DNA from: Alphaproteobacteria bacterium
Lineage (GTDB): Bacteria > Pseudomonadota > Alphaproteobacteria > JASGCL01
NCBI GenBank assembly: GCA_051010635.1
Contig: JBPCVJ010000001.1
Coordinates: forward strand, 9,542-73,541
Length of the DNA stretch: 64,000 nucleotides
Direction: 5' to 3'
This document shows, in pieces, positions 1 through 10,565 of the stretch; the stretch's first letter is position 1, and the number at the start of each line of letters is the position of its first letter. A program made the translations under genes and the position numbers. The notes under the pieces are model-generated. The model was given only the letters and a program-made list of their open reading frames with translations. It was not told where the DNA came from and ran no database searches.

Positions 1-1259
1 CACCTACCTTGATTATAGTGGATGAGCATGTGGGAATGACTATGAATCCTACGAGTCTTGGTACCAGCAATTATATTGATCTACTCACTACTTTTGTTCC
101 CACTGACCCAGATGGTGATAAATTTCAGTGGAATGTATCGGTTACTGGTGGTGGTGATTTTTCCAAATATTTCACACCACATGCTTTGTTAGCGCCTCCT
201 CAGGATGGTAGTTCAACATGGGCGCCAAATGTAAGATATGTGCTAGATTATGAAGATCAAGACTTAATTGATATTAACCATAAATTATCCATCACCATTT
301 GGGTAAGGGGCGTATCCCCCGATAATGCTAACCTTGATGGTGATGCGATTGGGGCAGGCACCCAAGCCTTATACAATGATGCTAATTCATTGGGTTGGAT
401 AAGCCATGCATTTGCTTTATCTATTGCCAATGTGGATGAATCAACCGATTTTAATAATAACCCCACCAGTTGGTCGGGCACCCAACCTACGGGGTTTGCG
501 ATTGATGAAAATAATAACAATACTTTGGTTGCCACCTTTGCCGCCCAAGATGCCGATACGGTTGATATTTCTAATGCCTATCAAAAATTTACCTATAGCC
601 TTAGCGGTGCTGATGCCAATATATTTAACCTACAGGGTAATGGTGTAATGCGGCTTATACAAAGCATTGATTATGAAGGGGCATATAATGGCCATGCGGG
701 TGATTTTTTCACCGTGGTTGTTACTGCCACCGATAAAACCACCGGTCCTCAATCAGGCACTGGATTCACCGATACCGTTAGCACCACATTTATTTTGACG
801 GTTAATGATGTGGATGAATCTTCAACGGCTGATGGTGGCACATCAATTTGGGTTGATGATGGTAATAATGATGGCATATATGATAATGTTGTTTTTGCCA
901 ATTTGAACTATACCAATGATGATACAAACCCCATTAAAATTGATTCTGCTATTGTTTTAAAAGATAGTTTTGTTTCCTTCACCGACCCCGATGGCAATCA
1001 AAACCAACATCATTGGTATTTTATTGCCGATGACGCCAATGATGGCACAGGGCATATTATGTTTGATGTTGATGGCGATGGTACGGGCAATGATCAAATT
1101 CATATTTTTGGCGATGGTAATTGGAATTTGGGTAGCCCCAGCGAAGGCGATGGCGAATTTGAAAAACCCAGCGGTTTGGCGAATGATGGCGGGTTAACCC
1201 ACGAACAATTCCTTGACCTATTAGGCAACCCCACCATCAGTGACGGCAATTTTGTTTAG
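1..1259 (+). CDS. C-terminal part of a large cadherin-repeat surface/secreted protein (5' end lies outside the window)
   Basis: The frame is open to the window edge. Cadherin-type repeat ends recur (SIANVDEST, FFTVVVTATDKTTG...FILTVNDVDESS). The tail is Asp/Gly/Asn-rich and looks Ca-binding (DVDGDGTGNDQIHIFGDGNWN). Confidence 0.7.
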   Translation, partial: PTLIIVDEHVGMTMNPTSLGTSNYIDLLTTFVPTDPDGDKFQWNVSVTGGGDFSKYFTPHALLAPPQDGSSTWAPNVRYVLDYEDQDLIDINHKLSITIWVRGVSPDNANLDGDAIGAGTQALYNDANSLGWISHAFALSIANVDESTDFNNNPTSWSGTQPTGFAIDENNNNTLVATFAAQDADTVDISNAYQKFTYSLSGADANIFNLQGNGVMRLIQSIDYEGAYNGHAGDFFTVVVTATDKTTGPQSGTGFTDTVSTTFILTVNDVDESSTADGGTSIWVDDGNNDGIYDNVVFANLNYTNDDTNPIKIDSAIVLKDSFVSFTDPDGNQNQHHWYFIADDANDGTGHIMFDVDGDGTGNDQIHIFGDGNWNLGSPSEGDGEFEKPSGLANDGGLTHEQFLDLLGNPTISDGNFV

Positions 1260-1384
1260 TGCGGTTTAGCCGACTGTGAAATGGCTGGTGGGTTTGGTTT
1301 GTTTTTTATCTTGACACTTGGCAATTCTAGATTTACATTGTTATTGTATAATTTTTAATATCTGGTATATGCAGGGGGCAAAAA

Positions 1385-1705
1385 ATGAAACATAAAAAAC
1401 TTGATATTTCTCTTGGCGAAAAGCTTCAACTTGTGGGGCTTGCTATTGCTGTGATTTCAATTCTTGTAAGTTCTGCAAGTGCGTTTGTTTGGGCGGGTAG
1501 AATTGAAGCAAGGATGGGATCAATTGAAACCGATGTGAAAGAAATTAAAGAGGATATTCATATTATCAATAACAGAATCGATACTATCAATAGCAGAATC
1601 GATATTATCAGTAGTAGAATCGATACCACCAATAGAAGAATTGATAGCATTGCTGGCAAAAAAAATCCTAGTTTAAGCCTAGCCAATAATCAAATGGCGG
1701 TTTGA
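1385..1705 (+). CDS. Small N-terminally membrane-anchored protein with heptad repeats (NxRIDxI x4); function unknown
   Basis: 106-aa ORF with one hydrophobic helix (LQLVGLAIAVISILVSSASAFVWAG) followed by INNRIDTINSRIDIISSRIDTTNRRIDSI. A GGGG-rich stretch precedes the ATG. Confidence 0.55.
   Translation: MKHKKLDISLGEKLQLVGLAIAVISILVSSASAFVWAGRIEARMGSIETDVKEIKEDIHIINNRIDTINSRIDIISSRIDTTNRRIDSIAGKKNPSLSLANNQMAV
1565..1648. repeat. Four tandem 21-bp repeats (atcaa.a.cagaatcgata..) inside the 106-aa CDS
   Basis: Direct reading gives copies at 1565-1585, 1586-1606, 1607-1627 and 1628-1648. They are in frame and encode the 7-aa repeat. Confidence 0.9.
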
Positions 1706-1726
1706 TTTATTTTTTTTATTTTTTCT

Positions 1727-1755
1727 CTTGACATTTTAATATCCTAGCCCTATAT
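1727..1755 (+). promoter_or_regulatory. RpoH (sigma-32)-type heat-shock promoter upstream of groES
   Basis: CTTGACA-N14-CCCTATAT compares well with the consensus CTTGAAA-N13-15-CCCCATNT. It lies about 145 nt upstream of the groES ATG. Confidence 0.55.
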
Positions 1756-1898
1756 AGTTATTATCTTTGAGCCTACGAAAAACAAGATGGTCGGTTGAGG
1801 GCGTTAGTGCGGTCTTGATGGATGGTGTTTTTGTGGTTCTTTGAAAACTTGATATAAACAATTAAAAAAACTTTAACATTACAAATTAAGGAGAACAC

Positions 1899-2192
1899 AT
1901 GGCAACAAAATTTCGCCCCCTACATGATAGAGTTTTGGTGGAAAGATTGGAATCAGAAGCCAAAACATCTGGTGGTATTATTATTCCTGATACCGCACAA
2001 GAAAAACCTATGGAAGGTAAAATTGTCGCTGTCGGCGATGGTTTTATTAATGATGACGGTAAATTACGCCCCCTAAATGTAAAGGCGGGTGATCATGTGC
2101 TGTTTGGCAAATGGTCGGGCACCGAAGTCAAAGTTGATGGCAAGGAATTGCTCATCATGAAAGAAAACGATATTATGGGTATCATTGGTTAA
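1899..2192 (+). CDS. groES: Co-chaperonin GroES
   Basis: 97 aa with the motifs [15 protein letters not shown]...[14 protein letters not shown] strong AAGGAG RBS precedes it and groEL follows directly. Confidence 0.97.
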   Translation: MATKFRPLHDRVLVERLESEAKTSGGIIIPDTAQEKPMEGKIVAVGDGFINDDGKLRPLNVKAGDHVLFGKWSGTEVKVDGKELLIMKENDIMGIIG

Positions 2193-2245
2193 TTTTTTTA
2201 TCAGTGATAACTTTAATAAACAAACCAACAATAATTTTTTTTTAA

Positions 2246-3925
<1,680 letters not shown>

Positions 3926-3983
3926 TACATAACGCCATTGGCTTTGCCATTTAAAAAAACTTTATTATTAAAAATACCCCTAA

Positions 3984-4022
3984 ATCACCCGCTGGTAGAA
4001 ATATCGGCGGGTGATTTTTTAT
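3984..4022 (+). terminator. Intrinsic terminator after groEL, shared with the convergent gene
   Basis: The stem atcacccgc / gcgggtgat has a 14-nt loop and is followed by a T-run at 4016-4021. Confidence 0.75.
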
Positions 4023-4768
4023 TTTGCCTCAAAGCTGATGGTGGCATCTGGCTGGTTGATGATATTTTTACACAATAGGGCAAGGGTGGATGGGGTTAGG
4101 TTTTCGCCATTGCCATATGTTATTTTTACCCCAGCGCTTAAGGCGATGAATAGGCCTGCCGCTATTTCAAACAATGGCAATTTTTCGCCACGGAATTTAT
4201 CAATGCGATTGCCAGCCAGATAACATAATTCTAAAACCGCGGCGCCAAAATTTTGTTCATTATTTTTTGCATGGTTGCTGTGGGTTGTATGGTTGGTGGA
4301 TGTTTTGCCCAGCCGTAACCATTTTTGATTGTGAAAAGCCTCGCGCCCATCGGCGACGAAAAAATCATCCAACAAGGGGTGATAAACTGCCCCGACCTCT
4401 ATCAGCCATTCATGTTCGCTATCTGGCGTTTTATGGTTGGTTAAAGCAATGATGCTGGTGGCAAATAGCGGTAAGGCGCGTTGAAAATTATTAAAATTTG
4501 TCAGCGGGGAAACCAAAAAATAATTTTCTACTAACCCCCTACCCCTACCACCTATATTGTCGTTGTAGCTCCATCTGGGGCGTGCGGATAATAATGCCTC
4601 TTGCAATATTTTGCCGCATCGTTTTTGGGTGCGGGTGGCATAGTCGCTGGTGTTTTTGCCACTCATTTGGATTCTTTCTAATTCGTTTATATCACGCAGT
4701 ATCGGCACCCCAGCCGTTACCATGGATTTTTTTATGACCCTGATTAAACTTTCGGTTTCTGATTTCAT
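4019..4768 (-). CDS. Inositol monophosphatase/SuhB-family protein with substituted catalytic motifs (probable pseudo-enzyme)
   Basis: 249 aa that is collinear with the IMPase fold motifs. However, DPLDGT reads SPLTNF, the EE(S)G motif reads NDNIGG, and WDxAAG reads FEIAAG. Confidence 0.55.
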   Translation of the reverse strand: MKSETESLIRVIKKSMVTAGVPILRDINELERIQMSGKNTSDYATRTQKRCGKILQEALLSARPRWSYNDNIGGRGRGLVENYFLVSPLTNFNNFQRALPLFATSIIALTNHKTPDSEHEWLIEVGAVYHPLLDDFFVADGREAFHNQKWLRLGKTSTNHTTHSNHAKNNEQNFGAAVLELCYLAGNRIDKFRGEKLPLFEIAAGLFIALSAGVKITYGNGENLTPSTLALLCKNIINQPDATISFEAK

Positions 4769-4797
4769 GATATTGGCAATATGGGGTTAGAATTTGG

Positions 4798-5718
4798 CTA
4801 TTCCATGCCGCGAAACCATTCAACGCTGGCGCCTTGGCTTTGCCAATAATTATGCCAGAATTTTTTGAATTTGCTGTTGCGTTTTCGCTTGATAGGAAGT
4901 TTTTTGTTATTTTTGGTAGTATTATTTTTTTTAATTTTTTTATCTTTGAAATAATAAATACCCACCGTTACATCATCAAGCTCGAGTTTTAGCGAAGCAT
5001 TTTTTTCCCAAAAATTAATAATGGTTGGTGTGGTTTTGGCAGTGGCATTGCGTAGCGAAAAATCGGGGCGGTGCTCTAACATATCAGAAAAAATAATTAA
5101 CCAATCAAGCGAAGTATGGTCGGGCAAGGTTTTTGCTTGGTTATCATTTTTTATTTTGGTTGGGTTTTTATAAAGCACTATCGCATCACGCAGCCCCTCC
5201 ATCATTTTTGAATAGGTGGCATCGGGTTTATCAACCATGGAGTTGGTGGCTTTTTTTGAAAGCACGCTGACTTGTGATTTGTAATAATCAAAAATTCGTT
5301 TTTTACGCATTCCTAAAATATCAACCCAACTATCTTCAATATTATTTACATTACCCGGGCTACACACGAAGCCGATTTTTTTTGTTTGGTTATCACGCGT
5401 CATAATATAAAAAGTCATACGCCCGAATTGATCTACTTGATCGCCAGCAATTTTTCTTACCCGCCGTTCTATGCCCTTTGCTTGTTTTTTGGTTAAGCCA
5501 GCGGTTTGGTCAATAAACACCATTACTCCATTGGTTGAGCCTCCATAAAGACATAAAGTGATGGGGTCAAATTTATCCTTTTGCCGAATTTTGCCGAGGA
5601 AGAAAAAATTCACTATCAAACCGATTAATATTATCATCAAGATAGTCAAGATGATTAATAAGAATCGATTGCTGTTAAAGGGACTAAATAGGTCAGAAAT
5701 TTTTTGGCGGATAGACAT
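4798..5718 (-). CDS. Hypothetical membrane-anchored protein with a weak VWA-like pattern and a Lys-rich C-terminal tail
   Basis: 306-aa ORF with a single N-terminal TM helix (FLLIILTILMIILIGLIVNFFFL). VMVFIDQTAG and LIIFSDMLEH resemble degenerate MIDAS strands. The tail reads KKIKKNNTTKNNKKLPIKRKRNSKFKK. Confidence 0.4.
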   Translation of the reverse strand: MSIRQKISDLFSPFNSNRFLLIILTILMIILIGLIVNFFFLGKIRQKDKFDPITLCLYGGSTNGVMVFIDQTAGLTKKQAKGIERRVRKIAGDQVDQFGRMTFYIMTRDNQTKKIGFVCSPGNVNNIEDSWVDILGMRKKRIFDYYKSQVSVLSKKATNSMVDKPDATYSKMMEGLRDAIVLYKNPTKIKNDNQAKTLPDHTSLDWLIIFSDMLEHRPDFSLRNATAKTTPTIINFWEKNASLKLELDDVTVGIYYFKDKKIKKNNTTKNNKKLPIKRKRNSKFKKFWHNYWQSQGASVEWFRGME

Positions 5719-5862
5719 TTTTTGTAGATTTTTTGCTTTTTGATTTCATAACATTTTTATAGGAAAAATAGTAGTTATTTTTTACTGGATTCTTTTCATG
5801 ATTTTCGCTTAATATCATATCATTTGCTGATGGATGAATTTTTATCTATATGGTGATATATT

Positions 5863-7065
5863 ATGTTAGATATTATAAATAACTTACGACCCTATGTATC
5901 CGATGCTATCTGGCAATGGACTACGCCGTTTTTTATTGCTTTAGGGTTTATTCTATTATCGCCTTTATTAGCCAATTTGTTGGGCAAGATGATGCAAAAA
6001 TTATTGGTTCGGTTTGGTGATAATAAGATAGGGGATACCAATATTGATAAAAATAAAAACAAAACCACCGATAAGGTTAGAGATAAAATTAATGACAAAT
6101 GGGTATTGCCTGCCTTGTCGCCCGATTTTTTTGTGGCATTGAAAAGATTTATTGTGGTGATAGGGTTATTTTTGGCATTGAAAACGGCACCAGCTGATTT
6201 TTATGGTATAGCCGATAGAATAGCCAAGTCAGCGATGTTGTTTTTTGCTTTTCAGGTTGTTTATTTTTCGGTGCAACCTGTGGGGGTAAGGTTGTTGCGT
6301 CGCAATCGCTTGATTTCGGATTTGATGCGTAATTTGATATTAAAATTTTTGCGGGCGGCAGTTATTTTTATTGGTGCAGTATCAATTTTGGAAATCCTTG
6401 GGGTAGAGGTGGTATCCATTATTGCTGGTATAGGTTTATTGGGGGTAGCGGTGGCATTGGGGGCACAGGATTTGTTTAAAAACCTTATTGGTGGATTGTT
6501 GATTTTGGCAGAAAAAAGTTTTGATGAAGGCGATTGGATCCGTGCTGATGGCGTGGTGGAGGGGGTGGTTGAAGATATTGGTTTTCGTTCAACTTTGGTG
6601 CGTGGTTTTGATAAGGCGCCCGTGCATGTGCCGAATAATGATTTGGCATCCACCGTGGTAACAAATTTTTCTCGCTTGCCGCATTGGCGTATTCAAATGA
6701 TGTTGGGTGTGATGTATAATACCGATACAGAAAAATTGCGCCAAGCCTGTAGGTTGATCGAAAAAATGTTATTAAATCATGATGATATTATTGGTCCTGA
6801 TAAGGCGATGTTGATAGTTAGGGTTGAAAAATTTTCTGATTCATCTATTGATATTTTTGTTAATTGTTTTGCCAAAACCGATGATTGGTTGCTATCGCTT
6901 GATATTAAGGAAAATTTGGTTTTGGAAATAAAAAAAATTATGGAATCTTTGGGGATTGGTTTTGCCTTTCCCAGTCGTTCAATTTATATCGAGCATACAC
7001 CATCCACTGATCCTGCTTTATCGGCAGGTGTTTTGGCTAAATCAAAATCTTCAGTAAAAAGTTAA
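5863..7065 (+). CDS. Mechanosensitive ion channel, MscS family
   Basis: 400 aa with several TM helices followed by the MscS signature GAQDLFKNLIGGLLILAEKSFDEGDWI. Confidence 0.88.
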   Translation: MLDIINNLRPYVSDAIWQWTTPFFIALGFILLSPLLANLLGKMMQKLLVRFGDNKIGDTNIDKNKNKTTDKVRDKINDKWVLPALSPDFFVALKRFIVVIGLFLALKTAPADFYGIADRIAKSAMLFFAFQVVYFSVQPVGVRLLRRNRLISDLMRNLILKFLRAAVIFIGAVSILEILGVEVVSIIAGIGLLGVAVALGAQDLFKNLIGGLLILAEKSFDEGDWIRADGVVEGVVEDIGFRSTLVRGFDKAPVHVPNNDLASTVVTNFSRLPHWRIQMMLGVMYNTDTEKLRQACRLIEKMLLNHDDIIGPDKAMLIVRVEKFSDSSIDIFVNCFAKTDDWLLSLDIKENLVLEIKKIMESLGIGFAFPSRSIYIEHTPSTDPALSAGVLAKSKSSVKS

Positions 7066-7096
7066 AATGGCATGATAATATTTTTATTTTTTCTGC

Positions 7097-7125
7097 TTGA
7101 CAGGGGGTAAGATTTTGGTTAGAAT
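7097..7125 (+). promoter_or_regulatory. Sigma-70-type promoter for the polyamine transport operon
   Basis: TTGACA-N17-TAGAAT with a T-rich upstream tract, about 64 nt before the potD-like start. Confidence 0.6.
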
Positions 7126-7188
7126 TACGGGCATAAATGCAAAAGTGCATGACAATAAAACAATAACACTTATGAAAGGAAACATGTG

Positions 7189-8283
7189 ATGAAAAAAACA
7201 AACAAAATTATGACAAGAAAACGCCTATTGGGTTTTGCACCATCTTTGGTTGCAGGCTTGGTGGTGGGTGGCTTGTTATTACCAGCGGCTTTGCCAACAT
7301 CGGCGTCGGCGCAGGTTTTACGCATCTATAATTGGACTGATTATACGCCACCGGGTCTTCTCAAAAAATTTGAGAAAGAAACGGGAATTAAGGTGCAACT
7401 TGATACTTTTGATAGCAATGAAACCTTGCTGGCAAAAATGAAATCAGGTGGTGGTGTGGGTTATGATCTTTTTGTTCCTACGCAAAACTTTGTTCAAATA
7501 TTTGTGCAAGAAGGCTTATTAGAAAAAGTTGATATCAAAAATATGCCAAATTACAAATATGTTGATAAAAAATATAGAAACCCCGAATGGGATCCTAGTC
7601 AAGAATATACCGTGCCTTGGCAAATCGGTCATACTTCTTTTGCCTATAATTCTTCAAAATATAAAGGCAAGGGTAAATCGTGGAAAGAATTTTTTGCACC
7701 AGATTCATCGGTTAAAGGTAAGTTGGCGGTTTTTAAATCGCCATCTGATGTAGTTGATTCGGCTTTGATCTATACGGGTGCAAAACTTTGCTCTGAAAAT
7801 CCGCAAGATTATAAAAAAGTTTTGTCTATTTTGGAAAAGCAAAAACCTTTTGTCAGGGTTTATTCATCTGAAAATGTGAATGAACGCTTGAAATCGGGCG
7901 AGGTAATCATGACCAATAATTGGGATGGTAATACCAAGCGTGCACAAGTTGATGAAGGTTTGCGTGATGTCAAATTGGCTTTTCCCAAAGAGGGCACGGT
8001 TGGCTTTTTTGATGTTATGGTTATGAGCAGCAAAGCCAAGAATAAAGATGCGGCGAAAAAATTCATGAATTTTATCATGCATCCAAAAAATATGGCGATT
8101 ATTAGCAATGCACAAGGCTATGCCAATGCTATACCCAAAAGCAAACGCTACCTTGATAAGGCGTTAAGAAAGGCGCAAGCTCTTAATCCGCCAAGAAAGC
8201 ATAAAATCTTTTTTACCACAAAACCATGTGGTCAAAAAGCGATTAGGCTGACTGACAGGGTTTGGACAAGCTTACAAAAATAG
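7189..8283 (+). CDS. potD: Spermidine/putrescine ABC transporter periplasmic binding protein (PotD/PotF family)
   Basis: A signal peptide ending ASA is followed by QVLRIYNWTDYTPPGLLKKFEKETGIKV, which is typical of PotD/PotF. An AAAGGA RBS lies 8 nt upstream of the ATG (a GTG at 7186 is an alternative start). Confidence 0.85.
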   Translation: MKKTNKIMTRKRLLGFAPSLVAGLVVGGLLLPAALPTSASAQVLRIYNWTDYTPPGLLKKFEKETGIKVQLDTFDSNETLLAKMKSGGGVGYDLFVPTQNFVQIFVQEGLLEKVDIKNMPNYKYVDKKYRNPEWDPSQEYTVPWQIGHTSFAYNSSKYKGKGKSWKEFFAPDSSVKGKLAVFKSPSDVVDSALIYTGAKLCSENPQDYKKVLSILEKQKPFVRVYSSENVNERLKSGEVIMTNNWDGNTKRAQVDEGLRDVKLAFPKEGTVGFFDVMVMSSKAKNKDAAKKFMNFIMHPKNMAIISNAQGYANAIPKSKRYLDKALRKAQALNPPRKHKIFFTTKPCGQKAIRLTDRVWTSLQK

Positions 8284-8320
8284 TCTGGATAAGCTTACAA
8301 AAATAATCCTATGAAAAAAA

Positions 8321-8357
8321 CCTCCCCGTTTTGATTTATCAGACGGGGAGGTTTTTT
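8321..8357 (+). terminator. Intrinsic terminator or attenuator hairpin between potD and the deacetylase gene
   Basis: A perfect 9-bp stem cctccccgt / acggggagg with a 13-nt loop is followed by TTTTTT. An A-run lies upstream, giving a bidirectional shape. Confidence 0.8.
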
Positions 8358-8391
8358 ATTTTTGGCGAATAAAAATTTTGGAGAATTATTT

Positions 8392-9432
8392 ATGATGAAA
8401 GTGATTTATAGCGATCAACATAAATTGCGCAATGCACAATTTGAATTATTAGGGGGAGTTTTGGTTCGCCCCTTTGAACGACCAGAACGCATAGATTATA
8501 TTTTAGAACGGCTAAAAGAAAGAAAATTTCATGATATTATACCGCCCAAAGAATTTGATATGACATTGGTAAAAAAAATTCATAAAGCCGATTATTTAGA
8601 TTTTTTAGAAAATGGATTTGCCGAATGGAAAGCCGAGGGGTATGAGGGGGATATGGTCGCTACCTCTTGGCCTGCGAGGCGCATGGTTGATGACCGATTG
8701 CCAGATAATATTGATGGTAAGGTGGGTTATTATGCTTTGGCAAGCGAAACGATGATAGATAAAGGCACATGGCAAGCGGCTTTGGTAAGTAAAGATGTTG
8801 CTTTGACGGGTGCTGAAATGATAGCCAATGGTAGCGAGAAAATGGTATTTTCTTTATGCCGTCCGCCGGGTCATCATGCGACCGCTGATATGTTTGGTGG
8901 TTATTGTTTTTTGAATAATGCCGCTATTGTAGCACAATATATGCGTGACCAAGCGGCAAAGAAGGTAGCCATATTAGATATTGATGTTCACCATGGCAAT
9001 GGTATTCAAGATATTTTTTATGAACGCAATGATGTGCTTTATGTGTCTATTCATGGGCGGCCGCAAGATACTTACCCTTATTTTTTGGGTTATGATGATG
9101 AAAATGGTAAGGGTATGGGTGAGGGGGCGAATAAAAATTACCCCATCGCCGCGGGTGGAAAATATGATGTTTGGGGGCAGGCTTTGATAGATGGCTTACA
9201 AACCATTCAAGATTTCGGCACAGAGGCTTTGATTATTTCGCTTGGCACCGATGCTTTTGAAAAAGACCCGATAGGGCCTTTGAAATTAACTTCAGATGAT
9301 TTTTTTACCATTGGGCAGACGATAGCTAATGTTAGTTTATCAACCCATATTATTATGGAAGGGGGATATGCCATTAAAGAAATTGGTATCAATGCTGTTA
9401 ATTTCTTAGAAGGCATGTTAGAAAAAAAATAA
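8392..9432 (+). CDS. Histone-deacetylase-family amidohydrolase, acetylpolyamine amidohydrolase-like
   Basis: Carries CRPPGHHA, DIDVHHGNG, LGTDAFEKDP and EGGY, the full set of Zn/catalytic motifs of the arginase/deacetylase fold. A GGAG RBS lies 8 nt upstream of the ATG at 8392. Confidence 0.85.
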   Translation: MMKVIYSDQHKLRNAQFELLGGVLVRPFERPERIDYILERLKERKFHDIIPPKEFDMTLVKKIHKADYLDFLENGFAEWKAEGYEGDMVATSWPARRMVDDRLPDNIDGKVGYYALASETMIDKGTWQAALVSKDVALTGAEMIANGSEKMVFSLCRPPGHHATADMFGGYCFLNNAAIVAQYMRDQAAKKVAILDIDVHHGNGIQDIFYERNDVLYVSIHGRPQDTYPYFLGYDDENGKGMGEGANKNYPIAAGGKYDVWGQALIDGLQTIQDFGTEALIISLGTDAFEKDPIGPLKLTSDDFFTIGQTIANVSLSTHIIMEGGYAIKEIGINAVNFLEGMLEKK

Positions 9433-9460
9433 TATTAAAAAAATATGGAATGACAATGTT

Positions 9461-10522
9461 ATGCAAAAGAAAAAAAGTAAATTTTTATCTATTAGCCATG
9501 TAAAAAAATCTTTTGGCATAACAGATGTGCTGAATAATGTTACACTTGATATTGATAGGGGTAGTTTTTTTACTTTGCTTGGACCTTCGGGATGTGGGAA
9601 GACGACATTGCTTCGTTTGATAGCGGGTTTTGATACGGTTGATTCTGGTGATATTACTTTGGAGGGAAAATCGCTTGATACTTTGCCTGCCGCCAAACGC
9701 CCCATCAACACTGTGTTTCAAAATTATGCTTTGTTTCCACATTTAACGGTAGAGGAAAATGTTGCTTTTGGTTTGGAACGATTGGGATATAAAAAATTGA
9801 AAGTAGCATCACGGGTTAAAGAAGTTTTGTCTTTGGCACGATTAGAAGAATTTGCAAATCGTTTGCCCGCACAATTATCTGGCGGCCAACAGCAACGGGT
9901 GGCTTTGGCTCGTGCTATTGCTCCAGAACCAAAAATTTTATTGCTTGATGAACCACTATCGGCATTGGATTTAAAATTGCGTCATGCTATGCGTTTAGAA
10001 TTAAAGAGAATACAGCGCGAAGTTAAAATTTCTTTTATTTTTGTAACCCACGATCAAGAGGAGGCATTGTCGTTATCGGATAATATAGCGGTGATGAATA
10101 ATGGCAGTATTTTGCAAGTTGGCACGCCTGAGAATATTTATCAATTACCAAGCAATTTATTTGTTGCTGATTTTATTGGTGAAGCTAACATTTTACCTGG
10201 GCGACAAATGGGTAAAAAATTTATAACCGATGCGGGTCACCAATTTATGGCTTCGTCATCGGCTGGTAAAAAAAATAAGGATGGAAAATGTTATCTGTGT
10301 TTTCGGCCAGAAAATATTACCATCGCATTAAGTAAAAGTAATAATGATTTTCGCCTTGCCGATATTGATTATTTGGGCGACCAAGTAAAATTAATTTTGC
10401 AACATAAAAATTTAGGAAAGGTTCAGGTTATCATTGATCCCGATAGAATTGGCAAGGTGATGGTGGGAAAATATTATAGTATTCAGCCTGATGTTGCCAA
10501 ATCGCGTATTTTATATTCTTAA
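9461..10522 (+). CDS. potA: Polyamine ABC transporter ATP-binding protein
   Basis: Walker A GPSGCGKTT, signature LSGGQQQRV and Walker B LLLDEPLSALD, plus a C-terminal TOBE-like domain. Confidence 0.9.
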   Translation: MQKKKSKFLSISHVKKSFGITDVLNNVTLDIDRGSFFTLLGPSGCGKTTLLRLIAGFDTVDSGDITLEGKSLDTLPAAKRPINTVFQNYALFPHLTVEENVAFGLERLGYKKLKVASRVKEVLSLARLEEFANRLPAQLSGGQQQRVALARAIAPEPKILLLDEPLSALDLKLRHAMRLELKRIQREVKISFIFVTHDQEEALSLSDNIAVMNNGSILQVGTPENIYQLPSNLFVADFIGEANILPGRQMGKKFITDAGHQFMASSSAGKKNKDGKCYLCFRPENITIALSKSNNDFRLADIDYLGDQVKLILQHKNLGKVQVIIDPDRIGKVMVGKYYSIQPDVAKSRILYS

Positions 10523-10565
10523 GATATTGTTGAATAAATTTTGCAACGAACATTGAAATAAATTT

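Noticed and set aside
1805-1830. CIRCE (HrcA operator) in the groES leader, prompted by the TTAGTGC half-site
   Set aside because: No inverted partner (GAGTGCTAA-like) is present at 9-nt spacing, and only 6-7 nt resemble one arm.
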